NCBI GenBank assembly: GCA_023415515.1
Contig: JAEZKH010000318.1
Coordinates: 242-64,241, forward strand
Length of the DNA stretch: 64,000 nucleotides
From: Actinomycetes bacterium
GTDB lineage: Bacteria; Actinomycetota; Actinomycetes; Mycobacteriales; Mycobacteriaceae
Reading direction: 5' to 3'
The notes under the pieces were generated by a model. The model made no database searches, had not been told where the DNA came from, and was given only the letters and a program-made list of their open reading frames with translations. Made by a program: the position numbers and the translations under genes. Within the stretch, counting starts at the first letter, position 1; the number at the start of each line of letters is the position of its first letter. Of this stretch, positions 11,569 through 24,976 are shown piece after piece.

Positions 11569-12404
11569 GCGACAAGGCGCCGCGTTATTACGCACCGACC
11601 GGTGGACACCCGCCGCAGACCGACCTGACCACCGACCGCGCGGTGTTCACCGAGGCGTATGCCGTGCTGCCACGCGGCACCATGCGCGACATCGTCACCA
11701 GTTATCTGCCGTTCTGGGACGGGACGCGGCTGTGGGTGATTGCGCGTCCGCTATCGGGTTTCGCCGAGACGTTCTCGCAGTACATCGTCGAGGTGTCACC
11801 CGGCGGCGGCAGCGACCGGCCGGAACTCGATCCCGCTGCCGAGGGCGTGCTGTTCGTCGTCGAGGGCGGTTTCACGCTCGTCATCGGCGCAGACAAGCAC
11901 GACCTCACCCCGGGCGGGTACGCGTTCCTGCCGCCCGGCTGCGACTGGACGCTGCGCAACAACACCGCCGAGGTGGCACGCTTCCACTGGATCCGCAAGG
12001 CATACGAGCGGGTCGAGGGCATCGACGTGCCCGAGGCGTTCGTGACCAACGAAGTCGAAGTCGACGGCATCGAAATGCCGGGGACGCAGGGGCGTTGGAG
12101 TACGCAGCGCTTCACCGACCCAGCCGATGTCCGGCACGACATGCACGTCAACATCGTCAACTTCGAGCCCGGCGGCGCAATCCCGTTTCCCGAGACCCAC
12201 GTCATGGAGCACGGCCTCTACGTGCTCGAGGGCAAGGCGGTGTATCTGCTCAACAAGGACTGGGTCGAGGTGCAGGAGGGCGACTTCATGTGGCTGCGCG
12301 CCTTCTGCCCGCAGGCCTGCTATGCCGGCGGCCCCGGGCGGTTCAGGTATCTGCTCTACAAGGACGTCAACCGGCACGCCAAGCTCAGCAGGCAGTTCGT
12401 CTGA
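11565..12404 (+). CDS. allE: (S)-ureidoglycine aminohydrolase (bicupin), possibly the bifunctional allantoate-using type
   Basis: RAVFTEAYA, ARPLSGFAETFSQY, DMHVNIV, ETHVMEHGLYVLEG, RAFCPQACY, YLLYKDVNRH. Confidence 0.9.
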   Translation: MSDKAPRYYAPTGGHPPQTDLTTDRAVFTEAYAVLPRGTMRDIVTSYLPFWDGTRLWVIARPLSGFAETFSQYIVEVSPGGGSDRPELDPAAEGVLFVVEGGFTLVIGADKHDLTPGGYAFLPPGCDWTLRNNTAEVARFHWIRKAYERVEGIDVPEAFVTNEVEVDGIEMPGTQGRWSTQRFTDPADVRHDMHVNIVNFEPGGAIPFPETHVMEHGLYVLEGKAVYLLNKDWVEVQEGDFMWLRAFCPQACYAGGPGRFRYLLYKDVNRHAKLSRQFV

Positions 12405-12470
12405 TGGCGACGGCAGTCGAGTAGCCCACTACGCTAGGCCGTCGCGCGACGGGCGGACACACTCGTACGC

Positions 12471-14054
12471 ATGCCCGCAGCGACTGCACGCGCGACGCCG
12501 GCTGGATCGGAGTCGGCGCCCGTCACCTCGTCCGCCCAGGCACCCGACGATCCGCTGCGACACGTCACGTTCAGGCGCTGGGTCCGCGGTGCCGTACTGG
12601 TCAGCATGTCCGGAGGCGCGTTGGTGTTCGTCCTGCTGTCCTTCGCCGCGCCCATTCTGCTCAGCCCGGCCGCGACGAGCAGGCTGCTGATGCGGGGCGG
12701 AACGGCGCTGGCGATCTTCGCCGTCGTCGTCGTGCCGGTTCTGATCCGTGTCCGCAGAAACCGTTACGCCACGAGCACGGCCTGGCTCCGGCAACACCGC
12801 CGACCGACCGACCGGGAACGGCGGATGGCTCTCGGAGCGCCCGCGGAGGCAGTGCGGGTCTCGACCGTGACTTGGCTGCTCGGCGCGGTGGTCTTCGCGA
12901 TGTTGGGTGCGACCGAGTCACTGGTTGCCGCGGCGTACATCTTCAGCGCGGTGATCTTGGGCGGTATCACCACGACCGCAGTGTGGTACCTGATCGCCGA
13001 ACGGATCATGCGTCCGGTGTCGGCTCGCGCGCTCGACGGCGCCCCCGCCGGTCACCGCTACGGCCCCAGTATCCAACTCAAACTGGCGATGGCGTGGACG
13101 CTGGCGACGGGTGTACCTCTGCTCGGCGTCGCGACGCTTGCGGTGGGCTACCTGTCAGACGTCGGATTCCAGCCCTACCGGACGCTGGCAGTGATCCTCG
13201 GTCTTGTCGTTGTCGCGCTCGTGGTCGGCATGTTCACTCTCTTCGTAGCGGCCAGGTCGATCACCGAGCGGGTCAGGGAACTGCGCCGCGCGCTGTCTCG
13301 GGTTCAGGCGGGTGACTTCTCCACGCGGGTCCTCGTCGACGACGCAAGCGAGATCGGGCGCCTGCAGGTGGGTTTCAATGCGATGGCGGCGGGTTTGGCC
13401 GAACGGGAGCGGATCCGAGAGACCTTCGGAACCTACGTCGACCGCGATGTGGCCGAGCACATCCTCCGGGGTGCGGCCGTGCAGGCCGACGAGGTGGAGG
13501 TGACATTGATGTTCGTCGACATCCGCAGCTTCACCACCTTCGCAGAACGGGTCCGTCCGATCGACGTGGTGGCCGCCCTCAACCGGCTCTTCGAACGGAT
13601 CGTGCCGTTGGTTCACCGGCATGGCGGGCACGTCGACAAATACGCCGGCGACGGACTCTTCGCGGTCTTCGGAGCCCCGCGGCGCCAGGCCGACCACGCA
13701 GATCGGGCATTGAAGGCCGCGCTGGAGATCTCCGAGGCGGTCTCCGACGAGTTCGGGACTGCGCTGTCGGTGGGGATCGGGCTGAACTCGGGGACGGTGG
13801 TGGCAGGCAATATCGGTGGGGCGGGTCGACTGGAGTTCTCGGTCATCGGCGACGCGGTCAACATCGCCTCGCGTGTCGAGTCGGCGACACGTCAGACCGG
13901 CGATCAGATCCTGTTGACAGCTCAGACCCGTGCGCTGCTGGGCGAAGACCACGGCGATTTCGTTTCGCGCCCCGGACTGACCCTCAAAGGCAAGGCGGCA
14001 CCCGTGCAGATCTATTCACCGCTGTCGCGAAGCTGCTGCGGCCTCGACGTCTGA
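12471..14054 (+). CDS. Membrane class III adenylate/guanylate cyclase with HAMP domain
   Basis: About 6 TM segments, HAMP (DEIGRL-like SEIGRLQVGFNAM), MFVDIRSFT, VDKYAGDG, IGDAVNIASR. Start uncertain. Confidence 0.9.
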   Translation: MPAATARATPAGSESAPVTSSAQAPDDPLRHVTFRRWVRGAVLVSMSGGALVFVLLSFAAPILLSPAATSRLLMRGGTALAIFAVVVVPVLIRVRRNRYATSTAWLRQHRRPTDRERRMALGAPAEAVRVSTVTWLLGAVVFAMLGATESLVAAAYIFSAVILGGITTTAVWYLIAERIMRPVSARALDGAPAGHRYGPSIQLKLAMAWTLATGVPLLGVATLAVGYLSDVGFQPYRTLAVILGLVVVALVVGMFTLFVAARSITERVRELRRALSRVQAGDFSTRVLVDDASEIGRLQVGFNAMAAGLAERERIRETFGTYVDRDVAEHILRGAAVQADEVEVTLMFVDIRSFTTFAERVRPIDVVAALNRLFERIVPLVHRHGGHVDKYAGDGLFAVFGAPRRQADHADRALKAALEISEAVSDEFGTALSVGIGLNSGTVVAGNIGGAGRLEFSVIGDAVNIASRVESATRQTGDQILLTAQTRALLGEDHGDFVSRPGLTLKGKAAPVQIYSPLSRSCCGLDV

Positions 14055-14636
14055 GCCGAACTCGATTGTCGCATCGATGAGCCAGTCGGCAAGGTAGCGC
14101 GCAAACGACGACCGCACGATGATGCGAAAGTCGGATCCGTTGTCGCTCAACGGCATCAGCACCACACCGGCGTGGCCGAGGGTAGTCTGCACGGCGGCAC
14201 CCGCTGCGAATACCGCCGGATGCAGGTCCAGCGAGCAGCCCTTGGCGAGAACGTCGCGCGCGTGCGCGCCGCTCAGGCGTAGCGTCGTACGCTGGGCCGA
14301 GACGTCGACCGCCGCGCCGCCGTGCTCGGACACCGCGTCGCGCAGTGCAGCCTCGACGTCCTCCCCGTTGCCGCGCACGGAGGTGATCAGCCATTCCTGC
14401 GGGCCGAGCCAGATGACCGCGCCGTCGGGTACCGCCACGACGGTCGACGCCGCCGTCGGCAGCGCGTCGACGCCGAGGACGTCGGCGGCCGCCCTGCCGC
14501 CGGACCCGGCCGGATCGACCCATAGATCGCCCATCGAGACGAACGGCTCGTCGATGACGAACGCCGTCGTCGGCATGCTCGCGAAGCGGGACTCGTAGCC
14601 CTGCAACGGGCTACGGCGGACAAGGCTGTCAGCCAT
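14016..14636 (-). CDS. soxG: Heterotetrameric sarcosine oxidase, gamma subunit
   Basis: WLGPQEWL, VDVSAQRT, LAKGCSLDLHP, VRSSFARYLADWL; follows soxA. Confidence 0.93.
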   Translation of the reverse strand: MADSLVRRSPLQGYESRFASMPTTAFVIDEPFVSMGDLWVDPAGSGGRAAADVLGVDALPTAASTVVAVPDGAVIWLGPQEWLITSVRGNGEDVEAALRDAVSEHGGAAVDVSAQRTTLRLSGAHARDVLAKGCSLDLHPAVFAAGAAVQTTLGHAGVVLMPLSDNGSDFRIIVRSSFARYLADWLIDATIEFGSDVEAAAASRQR

Positions 14637-17481
14637 CGCGGCGTGCTCCTTCCGGGTCGACGAGAACGGAACCCGTCACCTCGACCGGCACCAGGGTGCC
14701 ATACACCGGCACGTGCAACGTGTCGCCGATCCGGGCGCGCCCGCCCTTGACGAGCGCGAGCGCGAACGGGCGGCCCAACTCCGCGCTCCGGTAGCTCGAC
14801 GTGACATGTCCGAGCATCGGCACCGGCGGGGATGGCAGCTCGCCGTCGTCGACGTACTCGATGATCTGAGCACCCTCGGGAAGCACCGTCTCCGCATCGG
14901 TGGGAAGCAACCCGACGAACTGTTTCCGCAGCGGGTTGAGGTTCTCGCGGCGGGTGAACGAGCGCTTGCCGACGAAGTCGGGCTTCTTCTTCGACACCGC
15001 CCAGCTCATGCCCAGATCCTCTGGTGTGACGGTGCCGTCGGTGTCCTGTCCGATGATCGGGTAACCCTTCTCGGCGCGCAGCACGTGCATCGTCTCCGTG
15101 CCATAGGGCGTGATGCCGTAAGCCTCGCCGGCAGCGATCAGCCTCTCCCACAACGCCGTTGCATACCAGCCCATGACGTTCACCTCGTAGGCCAGTTCGC
15201 CGGAGAAACTGACCCTGGCGATACGCACGTGCACGCCTTGGTAGCTCGTGTCCCGCCACGCCATGAACGGGAACGCCTCGTTGCTCATGTCGATGTCGCC
15301 GAACACTGCGCCGACGACGTCGCGCGACTTCGGGCCGACGACGGGGAAGGTGTGCCATTGTTCGGTGACCGATGTCAGTCGCACCCGTAGATGCGGCCAT
15401 TCGGTCTGCAGCCATTCCTCCATCCAGTCGAGGATCTTGGCCGCACCGCCGGTCGTGGTGAACGCCATGTACCGGTCCTCGGCCAACCGCATGACGGTTC
15501 CGTCGTCGATGACCATGCCGTCGACGCCGCACATCACGCCGTACCGGACCATCCCGACCTTCAGCGTGCTCATCATGTTCGTGTAGAGCAGGTCGAGGAA
15601 CCGTCCCGCATCCCGGCCCTGCACGTCGATCTTGCCGAGGGTGGATCCGTCGAGGATGCCGACACCGGCTCGGACGGCGGCACATTCGCGCAACACTGCC
15701 GTTTCCATGTCTTCACCGGGCAAGGGATAGTAGCGCGGTCGCTTCCACATGCCGACGTCCTCGAACACCGCCGCCCGCTCGACGTGCCAGTCGTGCACCG
15801 CGGTCACCCGCTCGGGATCGAAGAGGCTGCCTCGGTCGCGTCCGGCCAGCGCCGCGAACGCCACCGGCGTGTAGGGCGGCCGGAACGTCGTGACGCCGAG
15901 CTCCTCCACAGGCACACCGAGCAGTTCGGACGTGATGCCCGAGGCGACCACCCCGGAGGTCTTGCCCTGGTCGTGGGCGGTCCCGATCGTGGTGTAGCGC
16001 TTGATGTGCTCCATCGAGCGCATGCCCGCGCCCACCGCGCGTACCAGGTCGGCGACTGTGGCGTCGCGCTGGACGTCGACGAATTGACGAGTTTCGTCGC
16101 CGGCGCCGGGCACCCGCCACATCACCAAGGCCGGGGCGTCGGCCTGCGCCGGGTCATCCTCGCCCGCAAAGGGTTTGGATGCGGTTGGGAAGCCGAGCGC
16201 GGTGACCGCCGAGGCTGCCGCCTCCCGGCCACTGCGTAGACAACCGGGCAGATCGAACACCCCGTTCGCCGATCCGACGACGCTGACCGCGCCGAGCCTC
16301 GCACCCGGCACGAACGCCCCGATGGTGTCGTCGTAGCGCAGCGCGCCCCTGGCCTGGCTGAACAGGTGCACCGCCGGATTCCAGCCACCGCTGACCAGGA
16401 GCACGTCGCACGGGACCGCGAAGGCGTCGGCGCCAGGCCGGTCCACGATCGCATCGGTCACCCGGGCGTCCCCGCGTGTGCCGCGCACCACCGACCCGGG
16501 ATGAATCGTGATGCTGCGCGCGGTGCACTCGTCACGCAGATCCCGTCGCACACTTGGGCGCGCGTCGACGATCGCGTTGATCGTCACGCCCGCGTCGTGC
16601 AGATCGAAAGCCGCCCGGTAGGCGCTGTCGTTGGTGGTGAACACGACGCAGTGTTGACCGACCTTCACGCCGTACCGATGCAGGAAGGTCCGCGCGCCAT
16701 TGGCGAGCATGATGGCGGGCCGGTCGTTGTCGGCGAAAACCACCGGTCGTTCGTGAGCGCCCGCGGCGACGACGACGTGACGGGCGCGCATCCGCCACAC
16801 CCGCTGCCTGCTGACGGTGGCAGGCGCTGTTGCACCGAGGTGATCGGTACGCCGTTGCAGCGCAAGGACATAGCCGTCGTCGTAGTGCCCGAATGCGGTC
16901 GTGCGCTGCAGATGCAGCACGTCGCGGTAGGTCGCCAACTCCGCGACGGCGTCGGCCACCCAGGCCATCGCGGGCCGTCCGCCGATCATGTCAGAGGCGC
17001 CGAGCAGGTCGCCGCCCACCTCGCTCTGTTCATCGATCAGCGTGACTCGCGCCCCGGCGCGCGCCGCAGTCAGCGCAGCGGCCAGGCCGGCCGGACCGGC
17101 GCCGGCGACGAGGACGTCGGCATGGACATGGGTGCTGTCGTATCGCGCGGTGTCGGGAACGTCGGCGAGGCGACCCCGCCCAGGAACGCCCCGCGCGACA
17201 AGGCCGTCGAACAGTTCGACGGTGGTGGCGGGCAGCATCGGTTCGGGGAACGGGTGCTCGATCTGCACCAGGCCGCCGGTGTCTTCTGCCCATGCGGCGG
17301 TGAAGCCGCGCGGGCGGCCGAGTCTGACGCTGGTGCTCACCTGGTGAACGCCGTTGGCGAGCAGCGCCGAGGCGAGCGTGTCGCCCGCGTGGCCGGTCAA
17401 CTCCCGGTCGTTGAAGGTGAACGTCAGCGTGGTGTCACGCGCGATGCGGCCGCCGCCGCTGGTGCGGAAACGTTGCCTCAT
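14629..17481 (-). CDS. soxA: Sarcosine oxidase, alpha subunit
   Basis: GDTLASALLANG, VAGAGPAGLAAA, EHIKRYTTIGTAHDQGKTSG, TTFRPPYTP, GcvT-like C-terminus (RVSFSGELAYE, LRAEKG). True start ATG 17481 overlaps the soxD stop. Confidence 0.95.
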   Translation of the reverse strand: MRQRFRTSGGGRIARDTTLTFTFNDRELTGHAGDTLASALLANGVHQVSTSVRLGRPRGFTAAWAEDTGGLVQIEHPFPEPMLPATTVELFDGLVARGVPGRGRLADVPDTARYDSTHVHADVLVAGAGPAGLAAALTAARAGARVTLIDEQSEVGGDLLGASDMIGGRPAMAWVADAVAELATYRDVLHLQRTTAFGHYDDGYVLALQRRTDHLGATAPATVSRQRVWRMRARHVVVAAGAHERPVVFADNDRPAIMLANGARTFLHRYGVKVGQHCVVFTTNDSAYRAAFDLHDAGVTINAIVDARPSVRRDLRDECTARSITIHPGSVVRGTRGDARVTDAIVDRPGADAFAVPCDVLLVSGGWNPAVHLFSQARGALRYDDTIGAFVPGARLGAVSVVGSANGVFDLPGCLRSGREAAASAVTALGFPTASKPFAGEDDPAQADAPALVMWRVPGAGDETRQFVDVQRDATVADLVRAVGAGMRSMEHIKRYTTIGTAHDQGKTSGVVASGITSELLGVPVEELGVTTFRPPYTPVAFAALAGRDRGSLFDPERVTAVHDWHVERAAVFEDVGMWKRPRYYPLPGEDMETAVLRECAAVRAGVGILDGSTLGKIDVQGRDAGRFLDLLYTNMMSTLKVGMVRYGVMCGVDGMVIDDGTVMRLAEDRYMAFTTTGGAAKILDWMEEWLQTEWPHLRVRLTSVTEQWHTFPVVGPKSRDVVGAVFGDIDMSNEAFPFMAWRDTSYQGVHVRIARVSFSGELAYEVNVMGWYATALWERLIAAGEAYGITPYGTETMHVLRAEKGYPIIGQDTDGTVTPEDLGMSWAVSKKKPDFVGKRSFTRRENLNPLRKQFVGLLPTDAETVLPEGAQIIEYVDDGELPSPPVPMLGHVTSSYRSAELGRPFALALVKGGRARIGDTLHVPVYGTLVPVEVTGSVLVDPEGARRDG

Positions 17482-17756
17482 CGAAGTGTCGGCTTCGGTT
17501 CGCCTGCGAGATACACCTGCTGGAACCGGTAGGTTGCGGTGTCGCGGAGAGCGTTGAACCAACGCCGGCAACCATGGCTGTGGTTCCACCGCTCGGCGAA
17601 CAGTCCCTTGGGGTTGTTTCGGAAGAAGACGTAGTGCGCCCACTGCTCGTCGGTCAGCGCCTGCGGGTCCTCGGGGTAGGCGACGTGCGCCTCGCCGCCG
17701 TAGCGGAACTCGGTCTCCTCGCGCGGCCCGCACCAGGGGCATTCGATGAGCTGCAT
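17478..17756 (-). CDS. soxD: Sarcosine oxidase, delta subunit
   Basis: MQLIECPWCGPREETEF, ERWNHSHGCRRWFNALRDT zinc-binding pattern. Confidence 0.95.
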   Translation of the reverse strand: MQLIECPWCGPREETEFRYGGEAHVAYPEDPQALTDEQWAHYVFFRNNPKGLFAERWNHSHGCRRWFNALRDTATYRFQQVYLAGEPKPTLR

Positions 17757-17779
17757 TGTCTTCGCTCCTGTCGATGGAC

Positions 17780-19018
17780 TCAGTGTGCGACGGCGGCTGC
17801 GCCGTGTTCGTCGACCAGCGCACCGAATATGAACCGGTCGAGGCCGAACGGTGCGATGAACTCGTGTGGTTCGTCGTTGGCGATCGTGTCGGCAAGACAC
17901 CACCCGATACCGGGGGTGGCCTTGAATCCGCCTGTGCCCCAACCGGCATTGATGTACAAGTTCTCGAAGGGGGTGCGGCCGACGATGGGCGAGGCGTCGG
18001 GGCTTACGTCGACGATGCCCGCCCAGGTGCGTAGCAGGTGGGCACGGGCGAAGACGGGGAACAGTTCTACGGCGGCAGCCATCTGACGTTCGATGATGTG
18101 GAAGGCGCCGCGTTGCCCGTAACCGTTGTAGGAGTCGATGCCCGCACCCATCACCAACTCGCCCTTGTGTGCCTGAGAAACGTAGACGTGCACGGCGTTC
18201 GACATCACGACCGTCGGGTGAACCGGCTCGAGCAGCTCGGACACCAGTGCCTGCAGCGGATGGCTCTGCAGCGGTGTTCGGATGCCGAGCATCTCGGTCA
18301 GCGTCGACGTGTGTCCCGCCGCGCACAGCGCGACCCGGCCCGCCCCGATGGTGCCCTTCGTCGTGCGCACCGCCGCCACCCGGTCGCCCTCGGTGTCGAA
18401 TCCGGTCACCTCACAGTTCTGGATGATGTCGATTCCTGCCGCGTCGGCGCGTCGCGCGAAACCCCATGCGACATAGTCGTGTTTGGCGATTCCGGCGCGC
18501 GGCTGGTACGTCGCTCCGAGAACGGGATAGCGGATGTCGGAGGCGATGTTGACGATCGGACACAGCTTCTTGACCTCGTCGGGATCCACCCATGCCGCGT
18601 CGATGCCGTTCAGTTTGTTGGCTTCGACGCGCCGGACGCTGTCGCGAACGTCCTGCAGGCTGTGCGCGAGGTTGAGAACACCGCGCTGGCTGAACAGGAT
18701 CGGGTAGTCCAGGTCGTCTTCGAGGCCTTCCCACAGCTTGAGCGCGTGCTCGTAGATGCGTGCGCTTTCATCCCACAGGTAGTTCGACCGGATGAGGGTG
18801 GTGTTGCGGGCCATGTTGCCCCCGGCCAGCCAGCCTCTTTCGAGCACCGCCACGTCGGTGATGCCGTGATTCTTGGCGAGGTAGTGCGCCGTCGCCAGGC
18901 CGTGTCCACCGCCGCCGACGATCACGACGTCATACGACTTCTTCGGTTCCGGTGTGCGCCAGAGGAACTCGGGATGTTCCGGCAGATGTGCCCCGGGCGG
19001 TGCGGTGTCGGAACTCAT
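17780..19018 (-). CDS. soxB: Sarcosine oxidase, beta subunit
   Basis: [50 protein letters not shown]-terminal AAAVAH. Confidence 0.96.
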   Translation of the reverse strand: MSSDTAPPGAHLPEHPEFLWRTPEPKKSYDVVIVGGGGHGLATAHYLAKNHGITDVAVLERGWLAGGNMARNTTLIRSNYLWDESARIYEHALKLWEGLEDDLDYPILFSQRGVLNLAHSLQDVRDSVRRVEANKLNGIDAAWVDPDEVKKLCPIVNIASDIRYPVLGATYQPRAGIAKHDYVAWGFARRADAAGIDIIQNCEVTGFDTEGDRVAAVRTTKGTIGAGRVALCAAGHTSTLTEMLGIRTPLQSHPLQALVSELLEPVHPTVVMSNAVHVYVSQAHKGELVMGAGIDSYNGYGQRGAFHIIERQMAAAVELFPVFARAHLLRTWAGIVDVSPDASPIVGRTPFENLYINAGWGTGGFKATPGIGWCLADTIANDEPHEFIAPFGLDRFIFGALVDEHGAAAVAH

Positions 19019-19044
19019 AGGAGCCTTTCTGGCGGATCTGAGAG

Positions 19045-19064
19045 ACAATTAATATATCAACTGT
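19045..19064. promoter_or_regulatory. GntR-type operator between soxB and gntR
   Basis: ACAATTAATATATCAACTGT, near-palindromic; related copy at 22291-22310. Confidence 0.6.
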
Positions 19065-19108
19065 GGGATAGACTACGATCGGGTTCGGAGCACGGAAGGA
19101 AACACGCG

Positions 19109-19792
19109 GTGACGGTTGTCGGTGTCGAGTCGCTCGGCGAAATCGACCTGCAGGCGATGTCGTTCGCCGATCAGGCGTATCTGGTCATCCAGGACAAGCT
19201 GATCATGCTCGACATCCCGCCCAACGCCGCGATCGTGGAGAGCGACCTCGCCGCTGAGCTCAAGTTCGGGCGGACGCCGGTGCGCGAGGCGCTCAAGCGG
19301 CTTGAGGCCGACCGGCTGGTGGTGTCGTTCCCGCGCCGCGGAACCTTCGCCACCGGCGTCGACGTCGCTGATCTGGGTCACATCAGCCAGATTCGCGTCA
19401 ACCTTGAACCCGTCGCGGCCCGAACTGCAGCCGACAACGCGTCGCCGGATACCCGCGCGCATCTGCTCGAGTTGGCCGACCGAACCGCGGCGCTGGAGAT
19501 CGAGACGATCGGTCGGCACGAACTGATGCGGTGGGATCTGCGGGTGCACCGCGCCGTCTACCGCGCCGCGGGGAACCCGCATCTCGAGGACGTGCTGATT
19601 CGGTACGACAACCTCGCAACCCGCATCTTCTGTCTGTTCCTCGACAGGCTGCCCACAGTGGCACGTCATGTCGGCGAGCACGCGGAGTTGTTGCGCACCA
19701 TCGCCGACGGCGACGGCGACGGCGACGCCGCGGCGGCTATCGCTCTGGAACACGTCACCGGGTTCGAGGCGGCGATCCGCGCAGTCATCTGA
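19109..19792 (+). CDS. GntR family regulator (FCD domain)
   Basis: GRTPVREALKRL, PRRGTF winged HTH; DLRVH...AAGNPHL...EHAELL FCD; GTG 19109 after GAAGGAAA. Confidence 0.92.
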   Translation: MTVVGVESLGEIDLQAMSFADQAYLVIQDKLIMLDIPPNAAIVESDLAAELKFGRTPVREALKRLEADRLVVSFPRRGTFATGVDVADLGHISQIRVNLEPVAARTAADNASPDTRAHLLELADRTAALEIETIGRHELMRWDLRVHRAVYRAAGNPHLEDVLIRYDNLATRIFCLFLDRLPTVARHVGEHAELLRTIADGDGDGDAAAAIALEHVTGFEAAIRAVI

Positions 19793-19799
19793 GGCACAC

Positions 19800-23214
<3,415 letters not shown>

Positions 23215-23269
23215 TTCTGCGGCCCGACAGCACAGTGTTTCGCCTGGTCTGAGGCTGCCGCGTTTCCGC

Positions 23270-23314
23270 TTGACAAGGGTTTGGCCGAGCCACACACTGT
23301 TGCGTATTACGAAC
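23270..23314 (+). promoter_or_regulatory. SigA-type promoter with IclR-type operator for the ferredoxin/Rieske oxygenase pair
   Basis: TTGACA (23270-75)-N17-CACACT (23293-98), followed directly by TGTTGCGTATTACGAAC. Confidence 0.6.
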
Positions 23315-23359
23315 TCTGTTTCTCTATACGCTTCACGCCGGCGTAACGCGGAGGCAACG

Positions 23360-23686
23360 ATGCTCGAAGTGTGTCCTCTGTCGCAGTTACCGCGCGGTGA
23401 GGCTCGCCGTGTCGATGTCGACCCGCCGATTGCCGTCTTCCACACCGAGGATGGCCAGGTGTTCGCCATCGACGACACCTGCACACATCAAGACGCCTCG
23501 CTGGCCGACGGGTGGGTGGAGGGCTGCGAGGTCGAGTGCCCGCTGCACCTCTCGCGCTTCGACCTGCGGACCGGCGCTGTCGGTGACCCGCCGGCGAAGC
23601 GTCCGGTACGCACGCACGCGGTTGTGGTGGACGAAGACGGCATGATCCGGGTCGAGTTGAGCAAAGAGACGCCGACGGTCTCATGA
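23360..23686 (+). CDS. Rieske-type [2Fe-2S] ferredoxin
   Basis: DTCTHQDASL...ECPLHLSRFDLRTG; GGAGG RBS before ATG 23360. Confidence 0.93.
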   Translation: MLEVCPLSQLPRGEARRVDVDPPIAVFHTEDGQVFAIDDTCTHQDASLADGWVEGCEVECPLHLSRFDLRTGAVGDPPAKRPVRTHAVVVDEDGMIRVELSKETPTVS

Positions 23687-24816
23687 CGGCTTTCGAAGCG
23701 GCGCGGAGTCTTCCCGAGAGCCTCATCTCCACCCTTGCGGGCCACTACTACACGCACCCGGAGGCTTTCACCCTCGAGTGCGAAAAGGTCTTCGAGGCAA
23801 TGTGGTTCTGCGTCGTGCGCTCCTCGGACCTGGACAAGCCGGGGGCCTTCAAGACCGTGCAGGTGGGCCGGGAGAGCGTGCTGGTGTCGCGGTCGCGCAC
23901 GGGCGCCGTCAACGCCTTCTTCAACGTATGCCGCCATCGCGGGGCGCAGCTGTGCACAGAGGAGAGCGGTGAGGTCAGACGCGCCTTCCAATGCCCTTAT
24001 CACGCATGGACTTACGATCTCGACGGCAAACTGATCGCCGCGCCGAACCTGACCAAGATGCCCGATATCGACCGGGTCGAGTACGGGCTGCGCAGGATCG
24101 CCGTCACGGAGTGGCTCGGCTACGTGTGGGTGTGCCTTGCCGATGAGCCGCCGTCGTTCGAGGCCACTGTGATGCAGGACGTCGTCGACAGGCTCGGGGA
24201 CCTGGGGTCGATCGAGCATTACGGCGTCGCCGATCTGCGCGTCGGGCGGCGAATCGGCTACGACGTCAAGGCCAACTGGAAACTCATCGTCGAGAACTTC
24301 ATGGAGTGCTACCACTGCGCCACGATCCACCCCGAACTGACCGAGGTGCTGCCGGAATTCACCGACGGCTACGCCGCGCAGTTCTACGTCGGACACGGTG
24401 CCGAGTTCGGCGAGGACATCAAGGGATTCACCGTCGACGGCTCCGAGGGCCTCGACCACATCCCGGGCGTGACCGAGGACCAGGACCGCCGCTATTACGC
24501 GGTCACCGTGCGTCCGCAGGTGTTCGTGAACCTCGTGCCCGACCATGTCATCGTGCACCGGATGTTCCCGATGGCGCCCGATCGCACCGTCGTCGAGTGC
24601 GATTGGTTGTACCTGCCGGAGGTCGTCGGGTCCGGCCGCGACGTCAGCCGGTCGGTCGAACTGTTCCACCGGGTCAACACGCAGGATTTCGAGGCGGCCG
24701 AAAGATGCCAGCCCGCAATGAGTTCGCGTGTCTACCGCGACGGCGGTGTGCTGGTGCCCAGCGAGCACCACATCGGCGCCTTCCACGACTGGTTGCGCGC
24801 AAAGTTCACCGAGTGA
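23683..24816 (+). CDS. Rieske non-heme iron oxygenase alpha subunit, glycine-betaine/stachydrine demethylase type (GbcA-like)
   Basis: NVCRHRG...QCPYHAWTY Rieske centre; ANWKLIVENFMECYHCATIHP mononuclear Fe site; QD motif; DMG oxidase and sox context. Confidence 0.85.
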   Translation: MTAFEAARSLPESLISTLAGHYYTHPEAFTLECEKVFEAMWFCVVRSSDLDKPGAFKTVQVGRESVLVSRSRTGAVNAFFNVCRHRGAQLCTEESGEVRRAFQCPYHAWTYDLDGKLIAAPNLTKMPDIDRVEYGLRRIAVTEWLGYVWVCLADEPPSFEATVMQDVVDRLGDLGSIEHYGVADLRVGRRIGYDVKANWKLIVENFMECYHCATIHPELTEVLPEFTDGYAAQFYVGHGAEFGEDIKGFTVDGSEGLDHIPGVTEDQDRRYYAVTVRPQVFVNLVPDHVIVHRMFPMAPDRTVVECDWLYLPEVVGSGRDVSRSVELFHRVNTQDFEAAERCQPAMSSRVYRDGGVLVPSEHHIGAFHDWLRAKFTE

Positions 24817-24976
24817 CGACCGTTGACGTCCCTGTTCGTGTCGGCGTCGTGAACGTCTAGCTCGCCGATGTCGGCCTCGACTGGCTACCTGAGACCAACA
24901 CCGCACCACTGATCGGGGCCAACGCCCAAGCACACTGGAACTCAGTGGCGGTGTCGCACCCGGTCACCGGTCAGCG

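Noticed and set aside
14629..17949. Long N-terminal extensions in the ORF track for SoxA, and likewise for AllB, AspA, MdcA, MdcH, FadE, IclR and NCS1
   Set aside because: They overlap upstream genes in another frame; internal starts with RBS or ATGA coupling fit the family N-termini.
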